64,000 bases of DNA from the NCBI GenBank assembly GCA_038884755.1, contig JAWABJ010000001.1, positions 416,001-480,000 on the forward strand. Reading direction: 5' to 3'. Position 1 is the stretch's first letter. Every line of letters begins with the position of its first letter. Positions 28,553 through 38,232 of this stretch are shown here, piece by piece. Origin of the DNA: Candidatus Norongarragalinales archaeon (GTDB lineage Archaea; Micrarchaeota; Micrarchaeia; Norongarragalinales; Norongarragalinaceae). Below the pieces are notes generated by a model. The model did no database searches, was not told where the DNA came from, and saw only the letters and a program-made list of their open reading frames with translations. The position numbers were made by a program, and so were the translations under genes.

Positions 28553-29965
28553 TTACCTTCCTTTTTTATGCGGGGGTTTCGCAAGCTTTGCTGCAAGCTG
28601 GTGCTTTAAGCGCGTGAAAAGCTCTTCGACAATTTGCTTGTTCACAAGGTAGGTGGTCATTGCGAAGGCGAAGAGAGCAATTGTCTTGGGAATGAACCCG
28701 CCTTGCTCAAAGAAAACAAGGTATGCGATTACAAAAATGCTGAACGAGGCGTATTGCGGTAATAATTGTTTTATTTCAACACCATACCTGGTTTTGAGGT
28801 AGTAAAAACTTATTGCGGCGACGAACAAGTAAGTCAAAAAGTTTGCCCAAGACGCGCCGACTGCGCCATAAAGCGGCACGAGCCAAAAATTGAATGCTAT
28901 GCTCAATACAGTGAGGAGAGAAATCAAAAAACCTGCAATCTTAGTTTTACCCATTGCAGTTGCTGAATACCAGTTCAAGCTGTACAGGGTCATTAGCGGC
29001 AAGGCGAGAGAAAGAATTTTGAAAGGCAAGATCGCATTTTGAAAATCAGACCCTAGAAGGATTGTTACAAAAATGTCTGAATAGTAAAAGAAAATCAAGC
29101 CCACAGCACTTAGAAGGATTGCGTTGGCGTGGCTTATTTTATTATAATAAAACGACAGTTTTGATTCTTGTCGTATGATTCGAGGCATCATTATGGTCAG
29201 TAACGCCGTGGAGAAAGGCAGGACTGCCGCAATCATGGAATAAGCGATGTCGTAAAACCCGACTTCGGCAACGCTCTTGAAAGCGGCAAGAAGATAGCGG
29301 TCCGCCACCAAGAGAAACGCGCCGAAAAAGCCGGCGACGGCAAGCGGGGCTGAATATCGGAAGACTTTCTTGAATTCCGCCAAGTCCGGCTTTCCAAGAG
29401 CGTTCAGCGCGGCCAAGCCCGCAATCGAAACAGCCAGTATTGCTAAGTTGCGCCCCCACGAAGCAAAAACGCCGTCGCCGGTGTAAAAGGCTATTGCAGC
29501 CGCGGCAAGCCCCGCCAAAAGAGCCGACGCGAAAGAGTAGACGCTGAAGTGCGAGAATTTCTCCAGCCCTTGCTGCGCCGCCTGCAGAATGAAGAAAAGA
29601 GAGAGGGCTATGGAAAGCACGAACGAGGCTGTGAAACCGTCGAAACCGAGGGAGGGAGCGAAAAACAAAATCACGAATTGCAGGGGGGAGAACAGAACGA
29701 GAGAGAAAACCAGGAGGAATCCGGACGCGCCGGACACTATCTGCTTGGTTTTCCCTGGGTTTTTCGCCGTGAAATACAAAACCCCGGAATTCAAGGAAAA
29801 CAGCGTGAAAGAAAGTATTACGTTGGCAGTGCTCAAAACCAGGGCGAACAAGCCGTACTCGGCTGGACCGAGAAACCTTGCGGTGAGCGGGCGCAGGAAA
29901 AAGCTTGCGGCCAAAACCAGCGCCTGCGCCGCAAGCACGTAAAGCGTGCTTTTCAAGAATCCCAT
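28553..29965 (-). CDS. oligosaccharide flippase (Wzx/MOP family)
   Basis: ARFLGP.EYG, ADRYLL....VG.Y, LVP.YG..GA; ~12-14 TM helices. Confidence 0.88.
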   Translation of the reverse strand: MGFLKSTLYVLAAQALVLAASFFLRPLTARFLGPAEYGLFALVLSTANVILSFTLFSLNSGVLYFTAKNPGKTKQIVSGASGFLLVFSLVLFSPLQFVILFFAPSLGFDGFTASFVLSIALSLFFILQAAQQGLEKFSHFSVYSFASALLAGLAAAAIAFYTGDGVFASWGRNLAILAVSIAGLAALNALGKPDLAEFKKVFRYSAPLAVAGFFGAFLLVADRYLLAAFKSVAEVGFYDIAYSMIAAVLPFSTALLTIMMPRIIRQESKLSFYYNKISHANAILLSAVGLIFFYYSDIFVTILLGSDFQNAILPFKILSLALPLMTLYSLNWYSATAMGKTKIAGFLISLLTVLSIAFNFWLVPLYGAVGASWANFLTYLFVAAISFYYLKTRYGVEIKQLLPQYASFSIFVIAYLVFFEQGGFIPKTIALFAFAMTTYLVNKQIVEELFTRLKHQLAAKLAKPPHKKGR

Positions 29966-29991
29966 TTAACCATGCACAACCAAGTTTCTTA

Positions 29992-31290
29992 TCAAAGCTC
30001 GGCTAAAGTTTTTTTCGCCGTAATAGCGACTTGTTTCATTTGCTCTTCCGAAAGCCCAGGGTGGTTAGGCAAGGCTATCGAACGCCACCAGACGTCTTCG
30101 GTAACAGGAAGCGTCTCACCACGTTTTTCGGCTGAAGAAAAGCGCAGTCGCAGGGGAACGTAACACCACTCGCATTCCACTCCGCGTTGAGCCATGAGCC
30201 TCACGAACTTGCGAAGTTCTGGCCAAGGTTTGGTCCGTCTGCTTTCTCCTTTTTTCGGAAGGCGGACAGCGAATTTGTAGAAAACGTGCTGCTTTTCGAA
30301 ATCGGGAAGCTCGAACTCGCTCGAGGCAAGCACGTCCAGCAAGATTTTCGCGTTCCTACGGCGCAAAGCGTTTATTTTCCCTACTTTGCGCAGTTGCGCA
30401 GAAGCTATTTCGGCGTCGAGGTTGGAAAGGCGGGAGTAGGTTTTCACCGCCTTCCTGCCGAGCTTTTGCTGCGCGAGGTATTTCAGCGTGAGGAAAGGCA
30501 AAAACGTCTTGCGGTGGGAGTAGCGCATGGCGCAGTCGACAAGTCGAAAAATTAGAGTGGAAGTTTTTTCGGAAGGAAGGCTTTCGGCGATGGAAAGCGC
30601 TTTACGCACTGCCGGGTGGGAAGGGTTCGAGGAAACTATCATCCCGCCTGCGGTTGCTGTTATCGCCTTCGCGCCGAAACTGTGCACTCCTGCAATGCCG
30701 AAGTTGCCGACGGGCTTTCCGTTCTTGCTTGCGCCAAGACATTGGGCCGCATCGTCGACCAAAAAAACGTTTCCGTTGTCCTGCATTTTGGGAAGTTTTT
30801 TTTCGAAAACATCGAGGGCGGCCGGCTTTCCATAGAGGCTCGGAACCAAAACTGCGAGGGTTTTCCCGGAAATTTTTTCGAAAGCGCTTTCGGGGGAAAG
30901 GTTGTAATCAAAACCGATGTCGGCGAAAACAGGCTTGAGCCCCGCGTTTTGCACGGCATACAACACCGAACCGCAGCAATACGAGGGAATGACAACTTCG
31001 TCCCTCTGCCTTTTGCCTTCGCTTTCTTTCAACGCTCGCAGTATGCAGTACAATCCTGCTTCGCCACTGTTTACTCCCTTCGCGATGCGCGCGTCCAGAG
31101 TGTTTTCGAACTGACGTTCCAAAAGCCCTACCGCATTTCCGCTTGCAACCGCGCCGGACGAGAGGCAGCTCCAAACCGTAGCGTATTCTCGCGAGTCCCA
31201 GCTTGAGCTGGAAAAGGGCACGGAGTAGAACTTCCTGAACAGCGCACGCGCTTTTTCCGGAAAACTTTCGTAGAAAACGTCGTCTTGCAT
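29992..31290 (-). CDS. DegT/DnrJ-family PLP aminotransferase (divergent)
   Basis: VNSG, PVFADI, DDAAQ.LG, SFGAK..T...GG, LP.HP. Confidence 0.8.
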   Translation of the reverse strand: MQDDVFYESFPEKARALFRKFYSVPFSSSSWDSREYATVWSCLSSGAVASGNAVGLLERQFENTLDARIAKGVNSGEAGLYCILRALKESEGKRQRDEVVIPSYCCGSVLYAVQNAGLKPVFADIGFDYNLSPESAFEKISGKTLAVLVPSLYGKPAALDVFEKKLPKMQDNGNVFLVDDAAQCLGASKNGKPVGNFGIAGVHSFGAKAITATAGGMIVSSNPSHPAVRKALSIAESLPSEKTSTLIFRLVDCAMRYSHRKTFLPFLTLKYLAQQKLGRKAVKTYSRLSNLDAEIASAQLRKVGKINALRRRNAKILLDVLASSEFELPDFEKQHVFYKFAVRLPKKGESRRTKPWPELRKFVRLMAQRGVECEWCYVPLRLRFSSAEKRGETLPVTEDVWWRSIALPNHPGLSEEQMKQVAITAKKTLAEL

Positions 31291-31303
31291 GAAAAACAAC
31301 TCT

Positions 31304-31900
31304 TTACTTATCAATATCTTTAACAGCGTTGAACCTTTTTTTGTTGAACGGGTTGGTTTCAATCTCGAACCCGCGCATTTCGAAAAACCTGCGGGAGTAG
31401 CACGTGTAGTGCGGCTTTCCGGCCAAGTTCAAAAGCCGCGTGCGCAACCCATAAACGATTCTTCCGCCGGGGTAAGCGCTCGCGTCGGCAACATCGCCAA
31501 CAAGTATTCTCCCTCCTTTCTTGCAAACGCGCTCTAATTCCGCCAGCGCCTTCAACGCGTAATCGCGAGGGTAGTAGATGAACGTAGAGTAGGACAGCAC
31601 GCGGTCGAAAGAGTTGCTTGCGAAAGGCAAGTCCGCCGCCTCGCCCAAAACGAACCGCGCGCGCGGGTTGTTCGCCTTCGCTTTGTCCAGGCTTGGCTTC
31701 GAAAAATCCAATCCGGTCTTGCTTTTTGCAGGAAGCTTCGCGAGCAGCGAACCGGCACCACAGCCCACGTCCAAAAGCGTTTCCCTTCCGCTTAGCGTCA
31801 GGAGCCGTGAAACGTGCTCTGCTTCCTTCGCGTCATCGTGCTCGCCGCCCCCGCGCTTTTCGTACCCTTTCCTCCAAAAATCAACGATGTCAACGCCCAT
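31304..31900 (-). CDS. class I SAM-dependent methyltransferase
   Basis: LLDVGCGAG, LPFASNSFD, RV.KKGG. Confidence 0.88.
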   Translation of the reverse strand: MGVDIVDFWRKGYEKRGGGEHDDAKEAEHVSRLLTLSGRETLLDVGCGAGSLLAKLPAKSKTGLDFSKPSLDKAKANNPRARFVLGEAADLPFASNSFDRVLSYSTFIYYPRDYALKALAELERVCKKGGRILVGDVADASAYPGGRIVYGLRTRLLNLAGKPHYTCYSRRFFEMRGFEIETNPFNKKRFNAVKDIDK

Positions 31901-31920
31901 TCAAACACCAAGATTGTAAT

Positions 31921-32691
31921 CTAAAACCTCTTGTCGCCCAAAACTTTCTTGAGCTCGCGCGGGGTCGGAAAGTTGATGAGCACAGCGCGGTTGTTGCTCA
32001 TGTAGACCGCCATGCTTCCGGCGGCGACAGCCGAAGCTCCAGCGTCCACCGCTTCCTTGAAATGCTCGATTTTTCCCGCGCCCCCACAGGCGATGAGGGG
32101 AATGCTGACCGCGCGGGAAACTTTCCTTATCAATTCAAGGTCGTATCCTTCCATGGTGCCTTCCTTGTCGATGGAAGTCAAAAGCACTTCTCCAGCCCCC
32201 AGTTTTTCCATCTTCTTAGCCCACGCGACCGGGTCCAAACCCGTCGATTTACTCCCACTGTGGGTGAACACTTCGTACTTTCCTGAAGGCGTTTTTTTCG
32301 CGTCTATCGAAGCTATGACCGCTTGACTGCCGAAAACTTCGGAAGCTTGAGTTACGAAAGAAGGATTTTCGAAAGCATAGGAGTTTATTGCGACTTTCTC
32401 CACGCCCATGCCCATAAGCTTGCGAATGTCTTCTATGCTGTTTACTCCCCCGCCGTAAGTCAATGGCATGAAACATTCGCTCGTTATCTCGGCGATTTCG
32501 GAGAAAGGCGGCTTGCGGTTTTCCAAAGTCGCGGTTATGTCCAGCACTATGAGCTCGTCCACTTCCTTTTCATTATAAATTTTTATTGCGTTTACCGGGT
32601 CGCCGACGTAATTCGGGTTTTTGAAGTTGATGGTCTTGACTAGCCGCGAATTTTGCAGCAGTAGGCAGGGCATGACGCGAACGTTAAGCAT
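31921..32691 (-). CDS. HisF-like cyclase subunit (AglZ/WbuZ-type, acetamidino modification)
   Basis: LVKT..F..P.YVGDPVNA.KI.NEKEVDEL, AAGS..V. Confidence 0.88.
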   Translation of the reverse strand: MLNVRVMPCLLLQNSRLVKTINFKNPNYVGDPVNAIKIYNEKEVDELIVLDITATLENRKPPFSEIAEITSECFMPLTYGGGVNSIEDIRKLMGMGVEKVAINSYAFENPSFVTQASEVFGSQAVIASIDAKKTPSGKYEVFTHSGSKSTGLDPVAWAKKMEKLGAGEVLLTSIDKEGTMEGYDLELIRKVSRAVSIPLIACGGAGKIEHFKEAVDAGASAVAAGSMAVYMSNNRAVLINFPTPRELKKVLGDKRF

Positions 32692-32696
32692 TTCGA

Positions 32697-33308
32697 CTAG
32701 CTCTTCACGAAATTTTCATACAATTTCATTCCGAACTTGTGGCTTTTCTCCGGGTGGAACTGCGCTCCGTAAATGTTGCCTTTCGAGATTACGGACGGAA
32801 AGTCGTAGCCGTAGTGCGTGGTCGCGGCTACGTCTCCCGGGTTTTTGCATTCAACGTGGTACGAGTGGACGAAGTAAAACCGAGGGTCTTCAGGCATGTT
32901 TTGCAATAGCGGGTATTCCTTGACTATTTTCACGGTGTTCCAACCCATGTGCGGGATTTTCAGCCCCGAGTTTTTCGGGAATTTGAATTTCACGGTCTTT
33001 CCTTCCACCCAGCCCAGCCCCGGCAGCTTGCCTTCCTCGCTGCTCGCGGTGAGCAATTGCATTCCCAGGCAGACGCCGAGCACGGGCGTATTGTCCTTCA
33101 AAACTTTTTCGTTCAACAACGGAATCAACCCGGTGGAATTCAACGCGCTCATTGCCGCGTCGAAAGCACCCACACCAGGGAGTATGAGCTTGTCGGCTTT
33201 TTCTATTACCCGCGCGTCGGACGAAATCTTCGCGTCAGCCTTTATCCGCTTGAGCATGTTGAGTATCGAGCCCAAGTTTCCAACGCCGTAATCGATTACC
33301 ACAAGCAT
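32697..33308 (-). CDS. HisH-like glutamine amidotransferase (AglY/WbuY-type)
   Basis: DYGVGN, LPGVGAF, GVCLGMQ, PHMGWN, QFHPEKS. Confidence 0.9.
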   Translation of the reverse strand: MLVVIDYGVGNLGSILNMLKRIKADAKISSDARVIEKADKLILPGVGAFDAAMSALNSTGLIPLLNEKVLKDNTPVLGVCLGMQLLTASSEEGKLPGLGWVEGKTVKFKFPKNSGLKIPHMGWNTVKIVKEYPLLQNMPEDPRFYFVHSYHVECKNPGDVAATTHYGYDFPSVISKGNIYGAQFHPEKSHKFGMKLYENFVKS

Positions 33309-33324
33309 ACAAAATCCCCGTTCA

Positions 33325-34470
33325 TCAAGGTCGCGTGTATTTCAAGTAAAAACTCTTTGGCACCAAGCCCTGCTCGTACATTTTCTTGAACTCGGGCTCC
33401 ATTTTGATGAATGTCTGCCGGTAAGTTTCGTAGTCCTTGTAGGATTTTTTCGGCAGACGCAGTATGCGCTCCAAATCGCCGTCAGTCAATCCAAGCCGCT
33501 TTTTCACTTCCTCAGTAATTTCCTCGTCGTAGGGCAGCGGTTTTTTCAATTCCTCCAGCGCCTGTTCTCTAAGCATTTGGCCCGAGCGCACCAACGCTGC
33601 CAGCTCGACGTACCTCAAGTCTATCCCGAATTTTTTGAGTAAAATAAAGTTGTCGCAAAACATCGTGTAGCGGTTTTCCATGTGCTGCCCTCCGTACCAC
33701 TGCCAGTCGAACTCTTCCTCTAGGAACTTTTTCGCCTCTTCCTTGCGGTAGTCGACGTAATACAGCGGCCTGGCCCGCTTTATGCCCTTCCTAAGCCAAG
33801 CCAGCCATTTTTCCAGCTCGAGGTTCGGAAATTTTTCCATCTTCATTTTTCCGAATTTATTGTGGATGCTTTCGATGTACTTGCCGTCGAAGTAAAACCA
33901 GCCGAGTGGGACTATCCCCTGCGTCCTGAACGAATGCCCGTCGAGAATGTATTTCACGTCGTGCTTGTCCGCCGCGTCGTAAAGCGTGGTTATGAGCGCG
34001 ATGTCAGTCAAAGCATCTATCTCCGGAACGGAAGCTTCCAAAAAAGACCGTGCCAGGTCGCAAAACTCGTCGTTGTCCATGACGTACGTGTACAAATCCA
34101 CGTCGAGCTTTTTCAAAACGCGGTGGATGTTTTCAACCGCAATCCTTGAATTCCAAGTGTTGTCGAAGTGCACTGCCAGCGGGCGAAGCCCGAGCTTCAC
34201 TTTTGCTACGTACAGCAGGTAGGAAGAGTCGCAGCCGCCGCTCACGCCCACGATGCAGTCGTACTTCTTGCCTTTGCCGGCAGCCTTGATTTCTTCAGCC
34301 AAGGAGGCGAGCTTTTTCCATCCTTCTTCTCCCGTAGGGTATTCCAACTCAAGCTCGTCGTGCACTTTACAGTAGTTGCACACGCAGTCCTCTCCGAACG
34401 AAATGCCGGGCGTCTTGTCGTTGTACACGCACCTGGAACACCAGATTTCGCTTTCAGCCATGTTTTGCAT
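33325..34470 (-). CDS. N-acetyl sugar amidotransferase (AglX/WbuX/WbpG-type)
   Basis: C.RC..., GVC.YC-like, YDCIVGVSGGCDSS PP-loop. Confidence 0.9.
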   Translation of the reverse strand: MQNMAESEIWCSRCVYNDKTPGISFGEDCVCNYCKVHDELELEYPTGEEGWKKLASLAEEIKAAGKGKKYDCIVGVSGGCDSSYLLYVAKVKLGLRPLAVHFDNTWNSRIAVENIHRVLKKLDVDLYTYVMDNDEFCDLARSFLEASVPEIDALTDIALITTLYDAADKHDVKYILDGHSFRTQGIVPLGWFYFDGKYIESIHNKFGKMKMEKFPNLELEKWLAWLRKGIKRARPLYYVDYRKEEAKKFLEEEFDWQWYGGQHMENRYTMFCDNFILLKKFGIDLRYVELAALVRSGQMLREQALEELKKPLPYDEEITEEVKKRLGLTDGDLERILRLPKKSYKDYETYRQTFIKMEPEFKKMYEQGLVPKSFYLKYTRP

Positions 34471-34477
34471 TACCCTC

Positions 34478-35653
34478 TTATTTTGCCAGCACTAGCTTAT
34501 ATTCCTCGACCAATTTTTCGGTTGCCTTTTTCCAGTCGTGGTATTCGAGTATGAACTGCCTCGCTTTCTTTCCGAGCTTTTCCCGGTATTTTTTGTCGGC
34601 AAGCTTGAGGAGCCCGGCCAGGATTTCTTCTTCCGAGCGCGCGTTTTCGACGGGCGGCTTTTCTTTCGTAGAGTAGAATTTCGCGTGAAGTTTTTCGTCG
34701 ATAAACCTCAGCACCGGCTTTCCGCACGACATTGCTTCTTGGGAAATAGGTCCGAAAGAGCCGATGCCAAATTCGTCAACTACTATGTCCGCGTCCCGAT
34801 ACTCACGTATAATCTCTTTTTCTTTTAGAAGCGGAAGGGGCGTTACGCTCTTTTCAATTTTCAGTTCCTTAACGAGAAGCCGGCTTTTCTCCTTATGAAG
34901 GTCCCAATAAACGAGTTTCAATTTAGCGTCAGGACGCATCTTCAAAAATTTGGCGAAAGCGTTCAAAAACCGGTCGTTGCCTTTCGTTTTCCAAGAGTGA
35001 CGTGTGGGATAGAACAAAGCAAGGTATTTGCGTTTGTGTTTTTGCTTCAGGGGCGAAAATTTTTCCGTGTCGATTATTTGAAAAACGAAACCCACGTTTT
35101 TTATTCCCATTTTTTCTATCAGCGGAATTTGGTCGGGCTGGAAACAAAAGAACCGGTCGCAGTTTTTGTAGGATTTCCTAAGCAAGAATCCGATTAGTAT
35201 ATTCCTGAAATTTTCAAAGGCACTCCATTCGGTTTGAAGGTAGACATTCCCGCTCAAAAGGTCTTTAAGGGTGTTCTTTGCTGCGACGAGCCTCAAGTCG
35301 CTTCCCATGCTGTGCGCGATAAGCTTTTGGTTTCCACCAAAAATACGGCGTAGTTTTACAATCAAATAAGCGTAAACTGCTATCCCCCCGTTTGCGTGGA
35401 GTATGTCATAATCTCGGGTGAGTTTCCACAACACAAAAAACTTGTTTATGGGGTTGGTTTGGGTCCAGTATTTCACCCACTGGTGTCTTTCTTCCATGAA
35501 AGTCGCGGGGTCGGATGAAGAGCCTTTTTCCACCAGCAAATCGCACTCCATTCCCGCCTTGCGCAGGTACTTTGCGTAATGGAAGGCGGTGTTCGCTATG
35601 TTGTCAAGCTGTACCACCTTCCATGCGAATTTCTTTTTCTTCAATGCCAACAC
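34478..35653 (-). CDS. glycosyltransferase family 4
   Basis: KGND, ADIVVD.F..GSFG...EAMSCGKPV. Confidence 0.85.
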   Translation of the reverse strand: MLALKKKKFAWKVVQLDNIANTAFHYAKYLRKAGMECDLLVEKGSSSDPATFMEERHQWVKYWTQTNPINKFFVLWKLTRDYDILHANGGIAVYAYLIVKLRRIFGGNQKLIAHSMGSDLRLVAAKNTLKDLLSGNVYLQTEWSAFENFRNILIGFLLRKSYKNCDRFFCFQPDQIPLIEKMGIKNVGFVFQIIDTEKFSPLKQKHKRKYLALFYPTRHSWKTKGNDRFLNAFAKFLKMRPDAKLKLVYWDLHKEKSRLLVKELKIEKSVTPLPLLKEKEIIREYRDADIVVDEFGIGSFGPISQEAMSCGKPVLRFIDEKLHAKFYSTKEKPPVENARSEEEILAGLLKLADKKYREKLGKKARQFILEYHDWKKATEKLVEEYKLVLAK

Positions 35654-35660
35654 CTTGAAA

Positions 35661-36260
35661 TCATTTTTTTGTTTTCAACGCGTAGAAACGGTCGTTGAGC
35701 GGGCTGGAAAACGTCGAGTAGCCTCTGCGTTCGAAAAAACTCCGGTCGTAGCAAACGTAATGCCCTTTCTTCAGCATGAGGAAAACGACGGTCCGCAGGT
35801 GGTATCCCGCAGTTCCTAAAGGGTGTTTTCTTATTTCTGGAATGTCTCCCACGAGCACCCGCCCTCCTTTCTTGCAAACGCGCTCTAATTCCGCCAGCGC
35901 CTTCAACGCGTAATCACGGTCGTAGTGCAGGAATGTTGAGTGGGTGAGGACCGCGTCGAAAGAGTTGCTTGCGAAAGGCAAGTCCGCCGCCTCGCCCAAA
36001 AAGAATTGTCCTTCGGGGACGTTCTTTCTCGCCTCGCGTATTTTCACGCGTGAGTAGTCCAGACCCACTTTTTCGCCGGCGGGCAGTTTTTTCAGCAGCG
36101 AACCGGCACCACAGCCCACGTCCAAAAGCTTTTTCTTTCGCGACAAGTCCAAAAGCCCGGCTATGAACGACGCGAGCTTCGGCTGCGAGTATTCCCCGCC
36201 GTACGCGTCGTTCTCCCATTTTTCCTTCCAAAAAGAAACCACTGTTTTTTTCATTTTCAA
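35661..36260 (-). CDS. class I SAM-dependent methyltransferase (paralog of 31304..31900)
   Basis: LLDVGCGAG, LPFASNSFD; shares identical DNA blocks with the paralog. Confidence 0.88.
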   Translation of the reverse strand: MKMKKTVVSFWKEKWENDAYGGEYSQPKLASFIAGLLDLSRKKKLLDVGCGAGSLLKKLPAGEKVGLDYSRVKIREARKNVPEGQFFLGEAADLPFASNSFDAVLTHSTFLHYDRDYALKALAELERVCKKGGRVLVGDIPEIRKHPLGTAGYHLRTVVFLMLKKGHYVCYDRSFFERRGYSTFSSPLNDRFYALKTKK

Positions 36261-36275
36261 TCACGATTAGTGAAT

Positions 36276-37682
36276 TCAAATGTCCTGCTTTCCGTCTAGA
36301 GCGTTGAGTTTTTTCACGTCCTGCCTCGCGCCCAGCAGGTTGTCGGCCGCAACCAACCCCGATTCCACCGCGTGCCCCATGTTGTTGTACCGATATATGG
36401 ACGAGCGGCTTATGCACTGCAGGTTTTCAAACTTCGAAAGGTAATCGGCTACAGCGGAAACGAACTTTTCGTAGCCCAAAAAGTAAATGGGGTAAACGTA
36501 ATCCACTTTCAAGACCGAAGCATCCACCACCCGTTTTTTTTCCACCAGCCCCGCCTTTTCCATTTCCCTCTTTGCAAAGTCTATTATTTCTTCGTCGCTC
36601 ATTTTCCAAATCGCGTCGTTTTCAAAGCAATTGTATTCTATTCCCACGGGGCAGAGGCTGCCGCTTCCCATGTGATTGGACAGGTTGGAGAAGTTGGTAA
36701 TCCTGTAAGCGGTTATATCGTCAGACATCACCTGCATCCACTGCGCGTCGAACGGGTTTCCTTCCACTACCAGATGTACCATGACGAGGTTGCGGAAGTA
36801 GAGCTTGTTTGCAGCTTCGAGAATTTCCTTGGGAGGGGCAGGTCGAAGGCTTTCCAGGAAAACATTCAATGGGATCGTGGAAATGAACTGCGAGCCTTCG
36901 TGCTTGCGAGTTTTTCCGTGCGTGTCCTCCGTTTCAATAGAGGTGATTTTCTTTCCGTCGTGGTTTACGCGCACCACGCGCGAGTTCATGTGAAACTCCG
37001 CGTTGCGTGTTTTCTGAGTCATTTCGGCAAGGTTTGCGTACATTTGGCCGGAGCCGAGCGCGTGGTGGAAAAACCGGTGGCCTTGAGGGGCTTCATGCGG
37101 TTTTTTTATTAACCCTTTTTCCTGCAGCCACTTGAGCGAAGTTTTTTTCGCAAGCGCGTCGAAAGAAATTTTTTTTATCATGTTGTTGTACATGTTGCGG
37201 TCGATTTGCGAAAGGTCAAGCCCCCAAAATTTTTGCGTGTAGGCCTTTTGGAATATCGAGTACATTTTTTCCCCGTAGTCGTTTATCATCTGCTGTTCGC
37301 AGGAAACGGCGTTGCTTATCGGGAACAGCCTGCGCTTGAGGAAATCTGCAACTACAGCAAGCCTTTCGGAAAGCGGGAGTTTCAGGAAAATGTCGCCGAA
37401 AGAGCCGTACACTTTTCCTTGGTAGTATTGCTTGGAGTTTTCTTGTATTTCGGAAAGCCTGCCCTTGCCTATGAGCTTCCAGAAATCCACTATGCGCTCG
37501 TTCCTTTTGATGAAAACGTGTGGCCCGAGGTCGAACCTGCAGCCTTTCACTTGCGAAGTTCTCGACAGCCCGCCTACTTCGCCGTTCTTGTCTATCAGTG
37601 CGACGCTCTCGCCGTTTTTCGAAAGTTCGAATCCTGCAGCAAGGCCTGCGGGTCCTGCTCCCAAAATCACAACGTCTTCCAT
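36276..37682 (-). CDS. FAD-dependent oxidoreductase (UDP-galactopyranose mutase/PPOX-like)
   Basis: GAGPAGL, VGGL.R, DLGPH.F, YRYNNM.H. Confidence 0.82.
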   Translation of the reverse strand: MEDVVILGAGPAGLAAGFELSKNGESVALIDKNGEVGGLSRTSQVKGCRFDLGPHVFIKRNERIVDFWKLIGKGRLSEIQENSKQYYQGKVYGSFGDIFLKLPLSERLAVVADFLKRRLFPISNAVSCEQQMINDYGEKMYSIFQKAYTQKFWGLDLSQIDRNMYNNMIKKISFDALAKKTSLKWLQEKGLIKKPHEAPQGHRFFHHALGSGQMYANLAEMTQKTRNAEFHMNSRVVRVNHDGKKITSIETEDTHGKTRKHEGSQFISTIPLNVFLESLRPAPPKEILEAANKLYFRNLVMVHLVVEGNPFDAQWMQVMSDDITAYRITNFSNLSNHMGSGSLCPVGIEYNCFENDAIWKMSDEEIIDFAKREMEKAGLVEKKRVVDASVLKVDYVYPIYFLGYEKFVSAVADYLSKFENLQCISRSSIYRYNNMGHAVESGLVAADNLLGARQDVKKLNALDGKQDI

Positions 37683-37694
37683 ATGCGCATCGCC

Positions 37695-38222
37695 TTATTT
37701 CACGAGTTTCCAGTAGATTTTCGCCAGGATACTGCTTATTTTCCCGCCTATCAAGCTTCGTGGTTCTTTGAGGCTGTTTTCCGCCTCTTTAGGGTTCCAC
37801 TTTCTCTTCCACCCGCCTTCGCCCACCAAATCGAGGCCCTTGAACTTGCCGCTCACACTGAGCTCGAGGCACTTGTAAATCAAGTAGGAAAACGCGTAGT
37901 ACGGACAGTCGTTGCTTATGGAAACGCCTTGGATGTGCAGAAAACCATCAAGAGGGTATAATGCGAGGGAACAGCAGTACTTCCCTTCCTTCGAGTAAAG
38001 CCCGTAAAACGTTCTTTTCGCGGTTATGGAGAACGGTGGCATTAACAGGCCCTTCCTTTTCCGGTATTCGCGCAAACGCTTTTCGTGTTCTTCAGCCGCA
38101 ATTTCCTTGAAAAACATGCCCTCGCGCTTGGCGCGGTTGATTTCGTTGCGCACGTCTTTCGAAACATTGGTCAAGTCGAGGTGTTCCGAACCGAGTACTA
38201 GAGTTTTCATAAAAAACACCAA
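37695..38222 (-). CDS. hypothetical protein, possible FemAB/GNAT-like transferase
   Basis: SKDVRNEINRAKREG and DL.G..G..WKRKW resemble FemAB-type segments. Confidence 0.5.
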   Translation of the reverse strand: MVFFMKTLVLGSEHLDLTNVSKDVRNEINRAKREGMFFKEIAAEEHEKRLREYRKRKGLLMPPFSITAKRTFYGLYSKEGKYCCSLALYPLDGFLHIQGVSISNDCPYYAFSYLIYKCLELSVSGKFKGLDLVGEGGWKRKWNPKEAENSLKEPRSLIGGKISSILAKIYWKLVK

Positions 38223-38232
38223 CGTGCACGGC

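Noticed and set aside
31921..33308. Histidine biosynthesis hisF/hisH
   Set aside because: Linkage to an N-acetyl sugar amidotransferase and the YVGDPVNA..NEKEVDEL motif point to glycan paralogs
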